DNA from: Candidatus Multivoradales bacterium
GTDB taxonomy: Bacteria; Acidobacteriota; Thermoanaerobaculia; Multivoradales; JAHEKO01
Length of the DNA stretch: 64,000 bases
Assembly (NCBI GenBank): GCA_965223155.1
Contig: CBDCVR010000014.1
Coordinates: forward strand, 1,267,881 to 1,331,880
Reading direction: 5' to 3'
The translations under genes were made by a program, and so were the position numbers. Below, piece after piece: positions 23,022 through 32,204 of the stretch. Positions within the stretch are counted from its first letter, which is position 1, and each line of letters begins with the position of its first letter. The notes under the pieces are model-generated. The model searched no databases and was not told where the DNA came from. It saw only the letters and a list, made by a program, of their open reading frames with translations.

Positions 23022-26000
23022 CTAACTGACCGCGGCCTCGTCGTCGATGTCGGTGGCCAGGGCGTGGAGGACTCTCTCGTGCTCGCGGACCAACTCGACG
23101 AGAAGGTCGGCGACGTTCGGTGCCGTACCGGCGCCGTCTTCGATCTCGGTACAGATCTCGGCCAGGCGGCTGGCGCCGATCATGGCGCTCGAGGATCGGA
23201 ACTTGTGCGCCAGGTAGGTCAACTGCTCGTGGTCACCGGCCGAGGCCGCCGATCCCATCAATTCGACCTGCTCGCCCGACGTCGTCCGGTAAAGGCGCAG
23301 GATCCGCAGCGCGCCTTCCTTGGACAGCGGATCCCAGAGGTAGCGCTTCTGCTCCTCGAGATTGATCGGCGAGTCCGCATCCGGGGAGACCCCTGCCTCG
23401 GCCCCGGAGGGCACGAGCTTGAGGCCCGAGAACCGGTTCTCCGGGCTCACCTTGGCAGGCATCGGCTGCACCTCCTTGCGAACCGCCGGCAGCCAGCGAC
23501 GCAGAACGGCGAAGAGCTGATCCTGGCTGAAGGGCTTGCTTAGGTAGTCGTCCATACCGGCGGCAAGACACTTCTCGCGCTCGCCCGCCAGCGCGTGGGC
23601 GGTCATCGCGACGATCGGGACCCGGAGCGTCTCGGGCCTCGAGCGAATCTCGTTGGTGGCCGTGTACCCGTCCATGTGTGGCATCTGGCAGTCCATCAGA
23701 ATGAGGTCGAAGCTCTGGGCGTCTAACGCTCTCAAGGCTTCGATGCCATTGCTCGCGACTTCCACGGTGCCACCCAGGCCTTCGAGCATTCCGCAGACTA
23801 CGTCCTGGTTGATCTCATTGTCCTCGACCAAGAGCACCCGCCGCTCGTGGAGATTGGGCGGCGACGCCGCGGCAACCCGGGCCAGGGCCTCGTCGGTGCG
23901 CATCCGGGAAGTGCTGGCCTGGCGCTCGAGGCGCACCTCGAACCAGAAGGTTGAACCCTCGTTCCAAGTACTATCGACGCCGATCTCGCCGCCCATCATC
24001 TCGACGAACGCCCTGGAGATCGCCAAGCCCAAGCCGGTACCGCCGAACCGGCGCGTGGTCGAGCCGTCGGCTTGCTGGAAGGTGTCGAAGATCACCTCGC
24101 TTTCCTCGGAGCTGATGCCGATGCCGGTATCGCGCACCTCGAAGCGGAGCTTGACGTCGGCCTCGGTTGATTCCACCGGTTCGACTTCGAGCGAGACGAA
24201 TCCTGAATCGGTGAACTTGACTGCGTTACCGACCAGGTTGATCAAGATCTGGCGCAGCCGGGTAGGGTCTCCGACGAGCTTCCTCGGGCAGCGCTGGAGC
24301 GCGGAGGAGCGCAAGACGAGCCCCTTGCGCCCGGCCTGCTCGTCAAAGAGGCCTAGCACCTCGTCCAGGACTCCCTGGAGGTCGAAGGCCACCTCCTCCA
24401 ACTCCAACTTGCCGGCCTCGATCTTGGAGAAGTCCAGGATCTCGTTCAGGATCCCGAGCAGGTTGCCGGCCGAATCCCGCGCCTTCTCCGCGCAGGCCGC
24501 CTGGCCGGCGGACAGGTCGCTATTCATCAGGAGCTCGAGCATGCCCAGCACTCCGTTCATCGGCGTGCGAATCTCGTGGCTCATATTGGCCAGGAACTGG
24601 GACTTGGCTCGCGAGGCGCTCTCGGCGTGCTCTTTTTCTTTTTGGAGGCGAATCATGTCGGTGACGTCGGTGCCCGAGCTGAGGGTTCCGGCCGCCCTGC
24701 CGTCGTCGCCGCTCAGATACGTCGTTTGCCAGGAAATGACCCGCTCGTCTCCGCCCCGCGTACGCACTCGGTACTCGGAGGAACGCGGCGCTTTGGCACC
24801 CACCAGGCTCCGTCGCACGACCTCCGGCTCACAGACGAAGGACTCGAACCAGTTGCGGCCGATGAGATCCGCCTCCTCATAGCCAAGGAGCTGGCAGCCC
24901 TTGCGGTTGACGAGAACGATCTGCCCGTCCACGTCCAGCACCAACATGATGACCTCGGCCACCTGAAAGTAGTTCTGCGCCTTGGTCTTCTCACGAAAGA
25001 GCGCTTGCTCCTTGGCGACGCGGCGCTGGATCTCATCCTCCAGGGCGGTATTGGCCGCCGCCAGCTCGCGGGTTCGCTGCCGCTTTCGAAGCTGACCGCG
25101 CAGGTAGTACGCGGCCCCCAGCAGCACCGCGATCGAATAGCCGACAAACGCCCACCAGGTAGCCCATGGCGGTGCCAGCGCTCGCAATTTGAGGGTCAGT
25201 CCTTCCCGGTTCCAGACCCCGTCGTTGTTGGAGGCCTGGACGCGAAACGTGTACTCGCCCGAGTCTAGATTGGTGTAGGTCGCCCGGCGCCGATTGCCCA
25301 GGTCAACCCAGTCCTTGTCGAAGCCTTCCAACTTGTAGCGGTACCGGTTGCGCTCGGGCGCGGTGTAGTCGAGGGCCGCGAAATCGAACGTCACCATCGA
25401 GTCGGTATGTTCCAGAACCAGCTCCTCGAGCTGGGTCACCGGACGATCGAAGATCGCCTCCTCGTTGAGCTTCAGAACCCGGGTCAGAAACACCGGCGGT
25501 GCGTGCGGATTGGTTCGAATCTGGTTGGGATCGAAGACGTTGAATCCGTTGAGCCCGCCAAAGAACATGGTGCCGTCGCGAGCGCGCAACGCGGCGGCGA
25601 AGTTGAACTCCTCGCTCTGCAGGCCGTGGCTGGTGTTGTAGTTGCGAAACGTGCCGGTGGCGGGATCCAGAACCGCAAGGCCTCGATTGGTACTGAACCA
25701 GAGTTGGCCGTCGTCATCCAGCAGCGACCCATAGACCGTGTGGCTGGAGAGCCCGTCCCGAGGAAGGTACCGGGAGAAGACCGTCCGGCGCGCGCGGCGA
25801 TCGCTCGCCGCCCACCGGTTGAGCCCACCCCCCTGGGTGCCGATCCAGAGGTCGCCCACGGCGTCCTCGACGATGGTCCAGGCATGCTGCGAGCTCAGGC
25901 TGAAAGGATCCTCGGGATCGTAGGTGAAGTGATCGAAAGTCCCCCGGTCCCGGTCCATGCGGTTCAAGCCGCCGCCGTCGGTGCCGATCCAGAGCATGCC

Positions 26001-27590
26001 GTTAGCGTCCTCGTAGATCGCGACCACCCGATCGCTGGACAGGCTGGCCCCGTCCTCGCCGTCATGGCGATAGGCCGAGAACGACTCACCGTCGGCACTC
26101 AATTGATTGAGACCGCCGCGATAGGTGCCGACCCAAATCTGGCCGTGAGAGTCCTCGAAAATCGCGGTCACGCCATCGAAGCTGAGGCTCGTGGGGTCAG
26201 ACGGATCGTGGCGAAAGTTCCGGAAGTGGCCGGTGGCGAGATCGAGCATGTCCAGACCGGAGGCGACCGTGCCAATCCAGACCCGGTCCTGCGTGTCGAC
26301 GTAAACGGAAGCGACGCGGTTATCGCTCGGCCCCCCCCTCACGTTGGACGGATCGTGCCGATAGCGGCGAAAGCGGCCCGTCCCGCGATCGAACACGTTC
26401 AGGCCGTCGACGGTGCCGATCCAGATCCGGCCGGCCGAATCCTCACTGAACGAAGTCACGTAGTTATGGCTTAGCCGGGCCGGATCATCGGGCTTGGCGG
26501 TGAAATGGGGAAACGTCCCACTCAACGGGTTCCACTTGTTGAGCCCGTCGTCGGTACCCACCCAAACGACGCCGCCCCGATCCTGGAACAGGGACTTGAT
26601 GCGATCGTGGCCGAGGCTGTAGGGATCCGCTGGATCGTGGCGATAGACCCGGAAGTCCCTGCTCGCCGGATCCCAGGCTCCAAGTCCGGTGTCCGTGCCG
26701 ACCAGGAGCAGGCCGGCGCTGTCTTGAAAGATTGCGTTGACGGCCCCAGGGGGCAGGTTCGATCCGGCCGAATCGAAGCGCTCGAAGGTCCCGGTCGCGC
26801 GATCGAACCGGTTCAGCCCCTTGTCGGCCGTACCGATCCAGAGATCGCCGTTGCCGTCTTCGAAGAGCTGTACCAGCCGGTCGCTCGACAAACTCGCCGG
26901 ATCGGCTGGATCGTGCCGGTACTGCGTGAACAGGCGGGCACCCACGTTCAGGACGTTGAGGCCGCCGCCGTCGGTCGCGACCCAGACGCGCCCGGCGCCA
27001 TCCTGATGGAGATCGCGAACATGCCCGTGGCTCAAGCCGGATGCGTCATCGGCTATCGCAGGAAAACGGTCGGCCTGACCCGTCTCCCGATCGAAACGGT
27101 TGAGCCCACCGCCATCGGTGCCGATCCAGAAGTCTCCAGCCCGATCCTGGAGGATGACCCGAATGCGGTTGCTGCTGAGGCTTTGCGGATCGTCGGCGTC
27201 GTGCCGAAAATGCCGGAAACTGCCGTCGACCGGATTCAAGCGGTCGAGGCCGCCGGTGTCAGTGCCGATCCAGAGAAAACCGTCTTCGTCCTCCACGATG
27301 GCTCGAACACTATTGTGGGACAGGGTCGCCGGATCGGCCGGATCGTGGCGGAAGAGCTTGAACTCATAGCCGTCGAAACGATTGAGGCCCTCCTGGGTGC
27401 CGAACCAGAGGAAGCCGTCCCGGTCCTGGGCGATGACGTTGACTGCCGCTTGCGACAAGCCCTCTTCGAGCGAGACTCTCTGAAACCGCGTCTTGGTCTC
27501 GCGCGTGTTGCCAGACACAGGCAAGGCGGCCATCACCAGGATGGCCGCCAAACCCTTGAAAACGCGAAACTGAAACGACCGAAACATCAC
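23022..27590 (-). CDS. Hybrid sensor histidine kinase: periplasmic beta-propeller (Reg_prop) repeats + Y_Y_Y, TM, PAS, HisKA, HATPase, REC, Hpt
   Basis: Many ED..G.LWIGT..GGL repeats, YRYKLEGFDKDW, FLANMSHEIRTPMNG, GGTGLGLAI, LILMDCQMP, LAHKFRSSSAMIGA. Confidence 0.95.
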   Translation of the reverse strand: MMFRSFQFRVFKGLAAILVMAALPVSGNTRETKTRFQRVSLEEGLSQAAVNVIAQDRDGFLWFGTQEGLNRFDGYEFKLFRHDPADPATLSHNSVRAIVEDEDGFLWIGTDTGGLDRLNPVDGSFRHFRHDADDPQSLSSNRIRVILQDRAGDFWIGTDGGGLNRFDRETGQADRFPAIADDASGLSHGHVRDLHQDGAGRVWVATDGGGLNVLNVGARLFTQYRHDPADPASLSSDRLVQLFEDGNGDLWIGTADKGLNRFDRATGTFERFDSAGSNLPPGAVNAIFQDSAGLLLVGTDTGLGAWDPASRDFRVYRHDPADPYSLGHDRIKSLFQDRGGVVWVGTDDGLNKWNPLSGTFPHFTAKPDDPARLSHNYVTSFSEDSAGRIWIGTVDGLNVFDRGTGRFRRYRHDPSNVRGGPSDNRVASVYVDTQDRVWIGTVASGLDMLDLATGHFRNFRHDPSDPTSLSFDGVTAIFEDSHGQIWVGTYRGGLNQLSADGESFSAYRHDGEDGASLSSDRVVAIYEDANGMLWIGTDGGGLNRMDRDRGTFDHFTYDPEDPFSLSSQHAWTIVEDAVGDLWIGTQGGGLNRWAASDRRARRTVFSRYLPRDGLSSHTVYGSLLDDDGQLWFSTNRGLAVLDPATGTFRNYNTSHGLQSEEFNFAAALRARDGTMFFGGLNGFNVFDPNQIRTNPHAPPVFLTRVLKLNEEAIFDRPVTQLEELVLEHTDSMVTFDFAALDYTAPERNRYRYKLEGFDKDWVDLGNRRRATYTNLDSGEYTFRVQASNNDGVWNREGLTLKLRALAPPWATWWAFVGYSIAVLLGAAYYLRGQLRKRQRTRELAAANTALEDEIQRRVAKEQALFREKTKAQNYFQVAEVIMLVLDVDGQIVLVNRKGCQLLGYEEADLIGRNWFESFVCEPEVVRRSLVGAKAPRSSEYRVRTRGGDERVISWQTTYLSGDDGRAAGTLSSGTDVTDMIRLQKEKEHAESASRAKSQFLANMSHEIRTPMNGVLGMLELLMNSDLSAGQAACAEKARDSAGNLLGILNEILDFSKIEAGKLELEEVAFDLQGVLDEVLGLFDEQAGRKGLVLRSSALQRCPRKLVGDPTRLRQILINLVGNAVKFTDSGFVSLEVEPVESTEADVKLRFEVRDTGIGISSEESEVIFDTFQQADGSTTRRFGGTGLGLAISRAFVEMMGGEIGVDSTWNEGSTFWFEVRLERQASTSRMRTDEALARVAAASPPNLHERRVLLVEDNEINQDVVCGMLEGLGGTVEVASNGIEALRALDAQSFDLILMDCQMPHMDGYTATNEIRSRPETLRVPIVAMTAHALAGEREKCLAAGMDDYLSKPFSQDQLFAVLRRWLPAVRKEVQPMPAKVSPENRFSGLKLVPSGAEAGVSPDADSPINLEEQKRYLWDPLSKEGALRILRLYRTTSGEQVELMGSAASAGDHEQLTYLAHKFRSSSAMIGASRLAEICTEIEDGAGTAPNVADLLVELVREHERVLHALATDIDDEAAVS

Positions 27591-27612
27591 CGAAACATAC
27601 TAGTGGCTCAAC

Positions 27613-29292
27613 TCAGTCGTCGTTGAGGAACATGTCACTAGCAGACTGGATGTAGAGCGGGTCGCCATTGGGAACCGCATCCGACCAGAGGAAGCCGTCG
27701 CTCCACAGGAAGCCGTCACTCCACAGGAAGCCGTCGCTCCACAGGAAGCCGTCACTCCACAGGAAACCGTCGCTCCACAGAAAGCCATCGCTCCACAGGA
27801 AGCCGTCGCTCCAGAGGAAGCCCGCGGCCCACTGGTCGCCGTCCCAGAGCTCCGCCGTGTCCTCGATGAGGATCGCGTTGTCGCCCTCGACTCGCCTCAG
27901 CCGTGGCGACCAGGCGCGGGAGGCCGAGTCACTCGAATCGAAAAGCGCGGCCTGAATATTCAAGACGCCAGCTCCCGCCGCAACCGGACTCCAGTCGACC
28001 TTGCGCGCCGTTCGCATGAGCCGAGCCTTGATCGTGTCCGGATCCAACGAAGGGTCGTCCGCGATCATCATCGCAACCGCACCCGAGACTACGGCCGCCG
28101 CCATGCTGGTGCCACTGAGTTCGAAGTACTGACCGCTGCAATTCGAGCTGCCGCAGCTTCGAAGCCGCTCCGGCATCTCTTCGACCATGCGAGACTGGTA
28201 GGAGATCGGCGCAATGAACCGGTTTCCAGGGGCCAAGAGATCGGGCTTCAGGAAATGATCGAATGCGGTTGGTCCCTGGGACGAATAGGTCGAAACATAG
28301 TCGTCCCAGAAATAGTTGGTGCCGTTATCGGTCACCGATCCGACCGTGATGACGCTACGTGAATTGCCAGGGCTGGTGACGGTGAACCGGCCATCGCGGC
28401 CGTAATTGCCCGCCGAGCACACCACCACCATTCCTTGATCCCAAACCTTCTCGACCGCCTCGACCAAAGGATCGCGTCTGGCTTCGGCTTGGACTCCCAT
28501 ACCTATCGACATGTTGACGACCCGGACATCAAAGGACGAACCACGATCCAGGAGCCAGTCGAGAGCCGCCAGCACGTCCGAAGTCACGCCCCGTCCGTGG
28601 GAATCGAGCGCCCGAAGCGAGAGCACTCGGGCGTACGGTGCGATGCCACGGTACTGTCCCTTCGAATCGTATCCGTCTCCACCGATGATCCCGGCAACAT
28701 GGGTACCGTGACCGTAGGGATCGTAAAGTCCGGTACCCGAGCTGTTGTCCGAGCACTCATCATCGTCGCAACGACCGCCGACGAAGTCGAACTGAATCGG
28801 ACTAGGCCAGATGTCAACGTGAGAGCCCACGCCGGAATCGATGACAGCAACGGTAGGCGTGCCTGCCGTATTGTTGAAGTTCGGCGCAGTAGTCGCATGC
28901 GGATGACGCGCGGTTTGCCGAGCCGACACCGAGCTTGCCTCGACGGTTTCGTCCACGGCAACGTACTCGATCCTCGGATGGTCCACGAGAGACCGGAGGC
29001 GAGCCTCGGGAACGCGAACCGCGCGCATCGAGAAGTTCTTGTACTTGCGCAGAATCTCGACGCCGCTCGCCTCGAGCTCCTGGTCGTCAGCCAGCCCCGG
29101 GGGCGTGGTGAACTTCAAGATCACGTCGACTTTGGTCTCCCGACCAGGCGCCTCGGCCTGGCCCCGCGCTTCGGCGGCGGGACTGACGAGCAGCGCGGCC
29201 GCCATGGCCAGCAACAGCGTTGCCGTCGCTACCGAGGGTGCCGGTACCAGGTTCCAAAGAACATCATGCAGAAAGGAAGGTCGCGACATCAT
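27613..29292 (-). CDS. Secreted S8 (subtilisin-like) serine peptidase with C-terminal (GFLWSD)x8 array
   Basis: Triad VAVIDSG / GHGTHVAG / SGTSMA, plus signal peptide and I9-like prodomain. An AGGAG RBS precedes the ATG at 29292. Confidence 0.93.
   Translation of the reverse strand: MMSRPSFLHDVLWNLVPAPSVATATLLLAMAAALLVSPAAEARGQAEAPGRETKVDVILKFTTPPGLADDQELEASGVEILRKYKNFSMRAVRVPEARLRSLVDHPRIEYVAVDETVEASSVSARQTARHPHATTAPNFNNTAGTPTVAVIDSGVGSHVDIWPSPIQFDFVGGRCDDDECSDNSSGTGLYDPYGHGTHVAGIIGGDGYDSKGQYRGIAPYARVLSLRALDSHGRGVTSDVLAALDWLLDRGSSFDVRVVNMSIGMGVQAEARRDPLVEAVEKVWDQGMVVVCSAGNYGRDGRFTVTSPGNSRSVITVGSVTDNGTNYFWDDYVSTYSSQGPTAFDHFLKPDLLAPGNRFIAPISYQSRMVEEMPERLRSCGSSNCSGQYFELSGTSMAAAVVSGAVAMMIADDPSLDPDTIKARLMRTARKVDWSPVAAGAGVLNIQAALFDSSDSASRAWSPRLRRVEGDNAILIEDTAELWDGDQWAAGFLWSDGFLWSDGFLWSDGFLWSDGFLWSDGFLWSDGFLWSDGFLWSDAVPNGDPLYIQSASDMFLNDD
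27679..27822 (-). repeat. Eight 18-bp tandem repeats encoding GFLWSD
   Basis: Units like gtcgctccacaggaagcc that differ only synonymously. Confidence 0.97.
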
Positions 29293-29294
29293 TC

Positions 29295-31121
29295 TTACTC
29301 CTGATCGACCCATTTGTTGGTTCGCACCGCGTCGGTCGCGGCGAAGGTATCGGTCCAAAGAAAGCCGTCGGTCCACAAGAAACCGTCGGTCCAGAGAAAG
29401 CCATCGGTCCAGAGAAAGCCGTCGGTCCACAAAAAACCGTCGGTCCAGAGAAAGCCATCGGCAAACGCCGCGGCATCGGTCCAAAGAAAGCCGTCGGTCG
29501 ACGGCGAGGTGTCCGTCCAGAGGAACCCGTCCAGGCCTTCCAAGTAGTACGTCCCGTCCTCGGTCACCCGAGCCCGGCCGACGTAGTGCTCGACCCCGGC
29601 CAGATCCCGGTCAATGTCCAGGCCCTGGTTGGCGCAGAGACAGTCGTCCTTGGCCTTGAAGCGCTGCTCGACCGCCTCGTAGGCGTCAATGAGTCCCGCG
29701 CCTTGCTGAAAGACGCTGGCCGCGAGCTCACCCGTCTCGGTCAGCGCAGGACGCGCGGTCGCCATCAGGCGAAACTTGACTTCATCGGGAGTCAGAGAAG
29801 GGTGCTCTTCCAAAACGAGCGCCACGACACCGCTGACCACGGCGGCAGATTGGGAGGTGCCGGACATCATGAAGTAGAGGCCACCGTTGTGGAACTCGGG
29901 ATGCTCGTTCGCCAACGTCGAGAACACGCTCATCAGTGAAACGATGTGACCTCCGGGCGCCAAGACGTCGGGTTTGACAAAGCCCTCGGCCGTCGGTCCG
30001 GCGGCCGAGAAGTAGGTCAGCCGATCGTCGGTCCGGTCCGCGGGGGTGAAGTTGTCGGTCATGGCCCCCACCGTGATGACGTAGGGCACGTTGCCCGGTA
30101 CGCCGATCGTCATGGCGTCCGGGCCCCCATTCCCCGCTGAAGCCACCACCACGATGCCCGCACGCCAGGCCTCCATGACGGCCTGGTTGAGCGGATCGTC
30201 CCAGTAGTGGGAGCGCGCGGGGGCGCTGAAGGACAGATTCAGGACCCGAATGCCGTAGGCGTCGCGATTGCGCACGATCCAGTCGATGCCCCGGATGACG
30301 TCGGCATAGCTGCCCAGGCCCTCAGCATCGAAGGCCTTCACCACGACCAGATCGGCGTCTGGCGCGATGCCGTTGTAGCCACGTCCATCGTCGCTTATCC
30401 GGCTGTTGACTGCGACCGACGCGACGTGTCCGCCATGACCGAACTGGTCGGTTCCGAAAACCGAGGTACCGTGATCGGTGTCGCTGATCGCGTCGTAGTG
30501 TCCTAGAAGCCGAGTCTGCCCGTCCGAGTCCAGGTAGACGCCCGAATGGGAGGCGAACCCTGAATCCAGAACTGCGATCGTCACCCCGCGCCCTGTTGCC
30601 GCGCGCTCATGCACCCGATCCGCCTCGACTCGCTCCGGAAACTCCACGTAGGGATCGAGGTGCGATTCGAAGAGGGCTCTCCATGCGCTGTAGGAGCTGG
30701 TCCCCTCTTCCCCACCTGTAGACGTTGTGGTCGTCTCTTCGCTGGATTCCCCGGCCGTTGCCGATTCAATGTCCTCTGAAGTGCTACTACTTGCCTCACC
30801 TGAGGTCCGAGAGCTCCTCGTCTTCTTGGCGCTCGAGACCGTCGAGTCCTCGTAAACCCGGATGCCGGAACGGGTCTCGAGGTGATCGCGTTGGGCGGCG
30901 GTCAGATGGGCGCCGACCGCCCGGATCACGGTCAGCCGGTGGGTGACCGAGCCCCCCACGGCTTCCACCGCCTCGGCGGCCAGGTCGACGTTCTTCGCCT
31001 GGACGATGTAGGACTTCTTGGCCGAGGCATCTTCGGCCTCGGCTCGCATCGCCAGAGCAGGCACCAGCAGGAGGGCGCCGATCCAGGCGAGGACGAGAGA
31101 TTGCACACGAGTTCGATTCAC
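29295..31121 (-). CDS. Secreted S8 serine peptidase with C-terminal GFLWTD array
   Basis: Triad IAVLDSG / GHGGHVA / SGTSQS. GTG start at 31121 after an AAGGA RBS gives the signal peptide MNRTRVQSLVLAWIGALLLVPALA, downstream of the sigma-54 promoter. Confidence 0.92.
   Translation of the reverse strand: MNRTRVQSLVLAWIGALLLVPALAMRAEAEDASAKKSYIVQAKNVDLAAEAVEAVGGSVTHRLTVIRAVGAHLTAAQRDHLETRSGIRVYEDSTVSSAKKTRSSRTSGEASSSTSEDIESATAGESSEETTTTSTGGEEGTSSYSAWRALFESHLDPYVEFPERVEADRVHERAATGRGVTIAVLDSGFASHSGVYLDSDGQTRLLGHYDAISDTDHGTSVFGTDQFGHGGHVASVAVNSRISDDGRGYNGIAPDADLVVVKAFDAEGLGSYADVIRGIDWIVRNRDAYGIRVLNLSFSAPARSHYWDDPLNQAVMEAWRAGIVVVASAGNGGPDAMTIGVPGNVPYVITVGAMTDNFTPADRTDDRLTYFSAAGPTAEGFVKPDVLAPGGHIVSLMSVFSTLANEHPEFHNGGLYFMMSGTSQSAAVVSGVVALVLEEHPSLTPDEVKFRLMATARPALTETGELAASVFQQGAGLIDAYEAVEQRFKAKDDCLCANQGLDIDRDLAGVEHYVGRARVTEDGTYYLEGLDGFLWTDTSPSTDGFLWTDAAAFADGFLWTDGFLWTDGFLWTDGFLWTDGFLWTDGFLWTDTFAATDAVRTNKWVDQE
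29349..29528 (-). repeat. 18-bp register array: 8x GFLWTD with two in-register spacers (TSPSTD, AAAFAD)
   Basis: Units like gtcggtccagagaaagcc with synonymous variation; ten consecutive 18-bp units. Confidence 0.97.
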
Positions 31122-31200
31122 GAATTGAATTCCTTGAGTTCTCTTGAGGACTTGTTCGATGGTTTGCTGGGCGTTTCTCCGCCGGACGCAGCCTGCTAGG

Positions 31201-31215
31201 GCAAGGGGCATGCCG
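31201..31215 (-). promoter_or_regulatory. Sigma-54 (-24/-12) promoter for the protease-protease-kinase operon
   Basis: Minus strand CGGCATGCCCCTTGC: GG-N10-GC spacing with GGCA and TTGC, 80 bp before the GTG start. Confidence 0.7.
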
Positions 31216-31346
31216 TTGGCGTATTCGCATAACGCGATGTATCCCCAGAGTGGATTCACACCCGGTATCCCTTGCCATCAAGGGACTTTCTTCGGAGCAC
31301 TTCGAGCAGAAACAATCGGAGCCAGATCTTGGCCGGCGGTCTTCCG

Positions 31347-31390
31347 GGGAGTTTTTCCCGAGCTTCCGCGGGTGGCAAGGAAATCCTCCC
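31347..31390. promoter_or_regulatory. Pair of imperfect 13-bp palindromes, candidate enhancer sites
   Basis: GGGAGTTTTTCCC (31347-59) and AGGAAATCCTCCC (31378-90), 31 bp apart and 130-175 bp upstream of the sigma-54 promoter. Confidence 0.4.
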
Positions 31391-31610
31391 GGGAGCTATG
31401 GCGAGCCGGCCCCGGTCGCCGGCTCGCCACCGGCTCGGACCGTCGAGATGAATCCCCGTGGCGTGGGCGACGGCGCCGCCAAGTCCGAGAACCTCTCGCC
31501 ACCCTACCCTTGAACTTCTCGCGGGCCCACCCGTTCGGGTATGGTCACCCAACGCCGTGAGCGGTTAGATGACACGGAGGGCGGCGCCGTCGCTCGAGAG
31601 GAGGTTGCGA

Positions 31611-32201
31611 ATGTCCAGTGATCGGGAATCATCCAGGCGGAGTTTCGTCTCGCGCCTGTCCTCGGTGGCCCTCGTCGGCGGCTTGGCCAGCGCCTACGGC
31701 ACGCTTGCCGCGTTCATGGGGCGCTTCGTCTATCCGGCAAGGCCCCGCCAGAGGAGCTGGATGTTTCTCTTCGACGTCGATCGGCTGGCGCTGGGCGATG
31801 CCATCGACTACCGCGCTCCGGACGGCGCCGCGGTGACCGTCGCCCGTCAGAGCGAAGGACGCGGGGAAGAGGCGTTCGTCGCGCTTTCCGGAACCTGTCC
31901 ACACCTTGGCTGCCGCGTGCACTGGGAGCCCCAGAACGATCGCTTCTTCTGTCCCTGCCACAATGGGACGTTCGACTCGGACGGCACGGCAACCGGCGGA
32001 CCGCCCTTAGAGGCCGGGCAATCCTTGCCTCGATACCCCCTCAAGGTGGAGCGTGGTCTCGTCTACATCGAGGTTCCGACCGAGTCGCTGTCCGGCCAGC
32101 AGGCCCGTAGCGCCGGCCGCATGATCGAGCTCCGGAAGATCTCGGCCCGGCCCGGATTCGATCCCTGCCTCGCAGCCGGTAGAAGCTGCAGGAGCGCCTA
32201 G
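31611..32201 (+). CDS. Rieske 2Fe-2S subunit of a Rieske/cytochrome b complex
   Basis: Tat motif SRRSFV plus TM; CPHLGC and CPCH boxes; GGPP...LPRY. GAGGAGG RBS. Confidence 0.93.
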   Translation: MSSDRESSRRSFVSRLSSVALVGGLASAYGTLAAFMGRFVYPARPRQRSWMFLFDVDRLALGDAIDYRAPDGAAVTVARQSEGRGEEAFVALSGTCPHLGCRVHWEPQNDRFFCPCHNGTFDSDGTATGGPPLEAGQSLPRYPLKVERGLVYIEVPTESLSGQQARSAGRMIELRKISARPGFDPCLAAGRSCRSA

Positions 32202-32204
32202 CCC

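Noticed and set aside
29293-29484. N-terminal extension of protease B (MDRCRG...LDRR repeats) in the ORF track
   Set aside because: It is an alternative-frame reading of protease A's repeat tail. A good RBS and signal peptide start at 29292.
27679-29528. 18-bp repeat arrays as CRISPR arrays
   Set aside because: Units are head-to-tail with no unique spacers of CRISPR length, they are in-frame coding with synonymous variation, and there are no cas genes.
31122-31259. Longer start for protease A at 31259
   Set aside because: It would span the sigma-54 promoter. The GTG at 31121 has an RBS and gives a normal signal peptide.
31500-31610. FNR/Crp or NarL box upstream of the Rieske-nap operon
   Set aside because: No convincing TTGAT-N4-ATCAA or heptamer pair was found.
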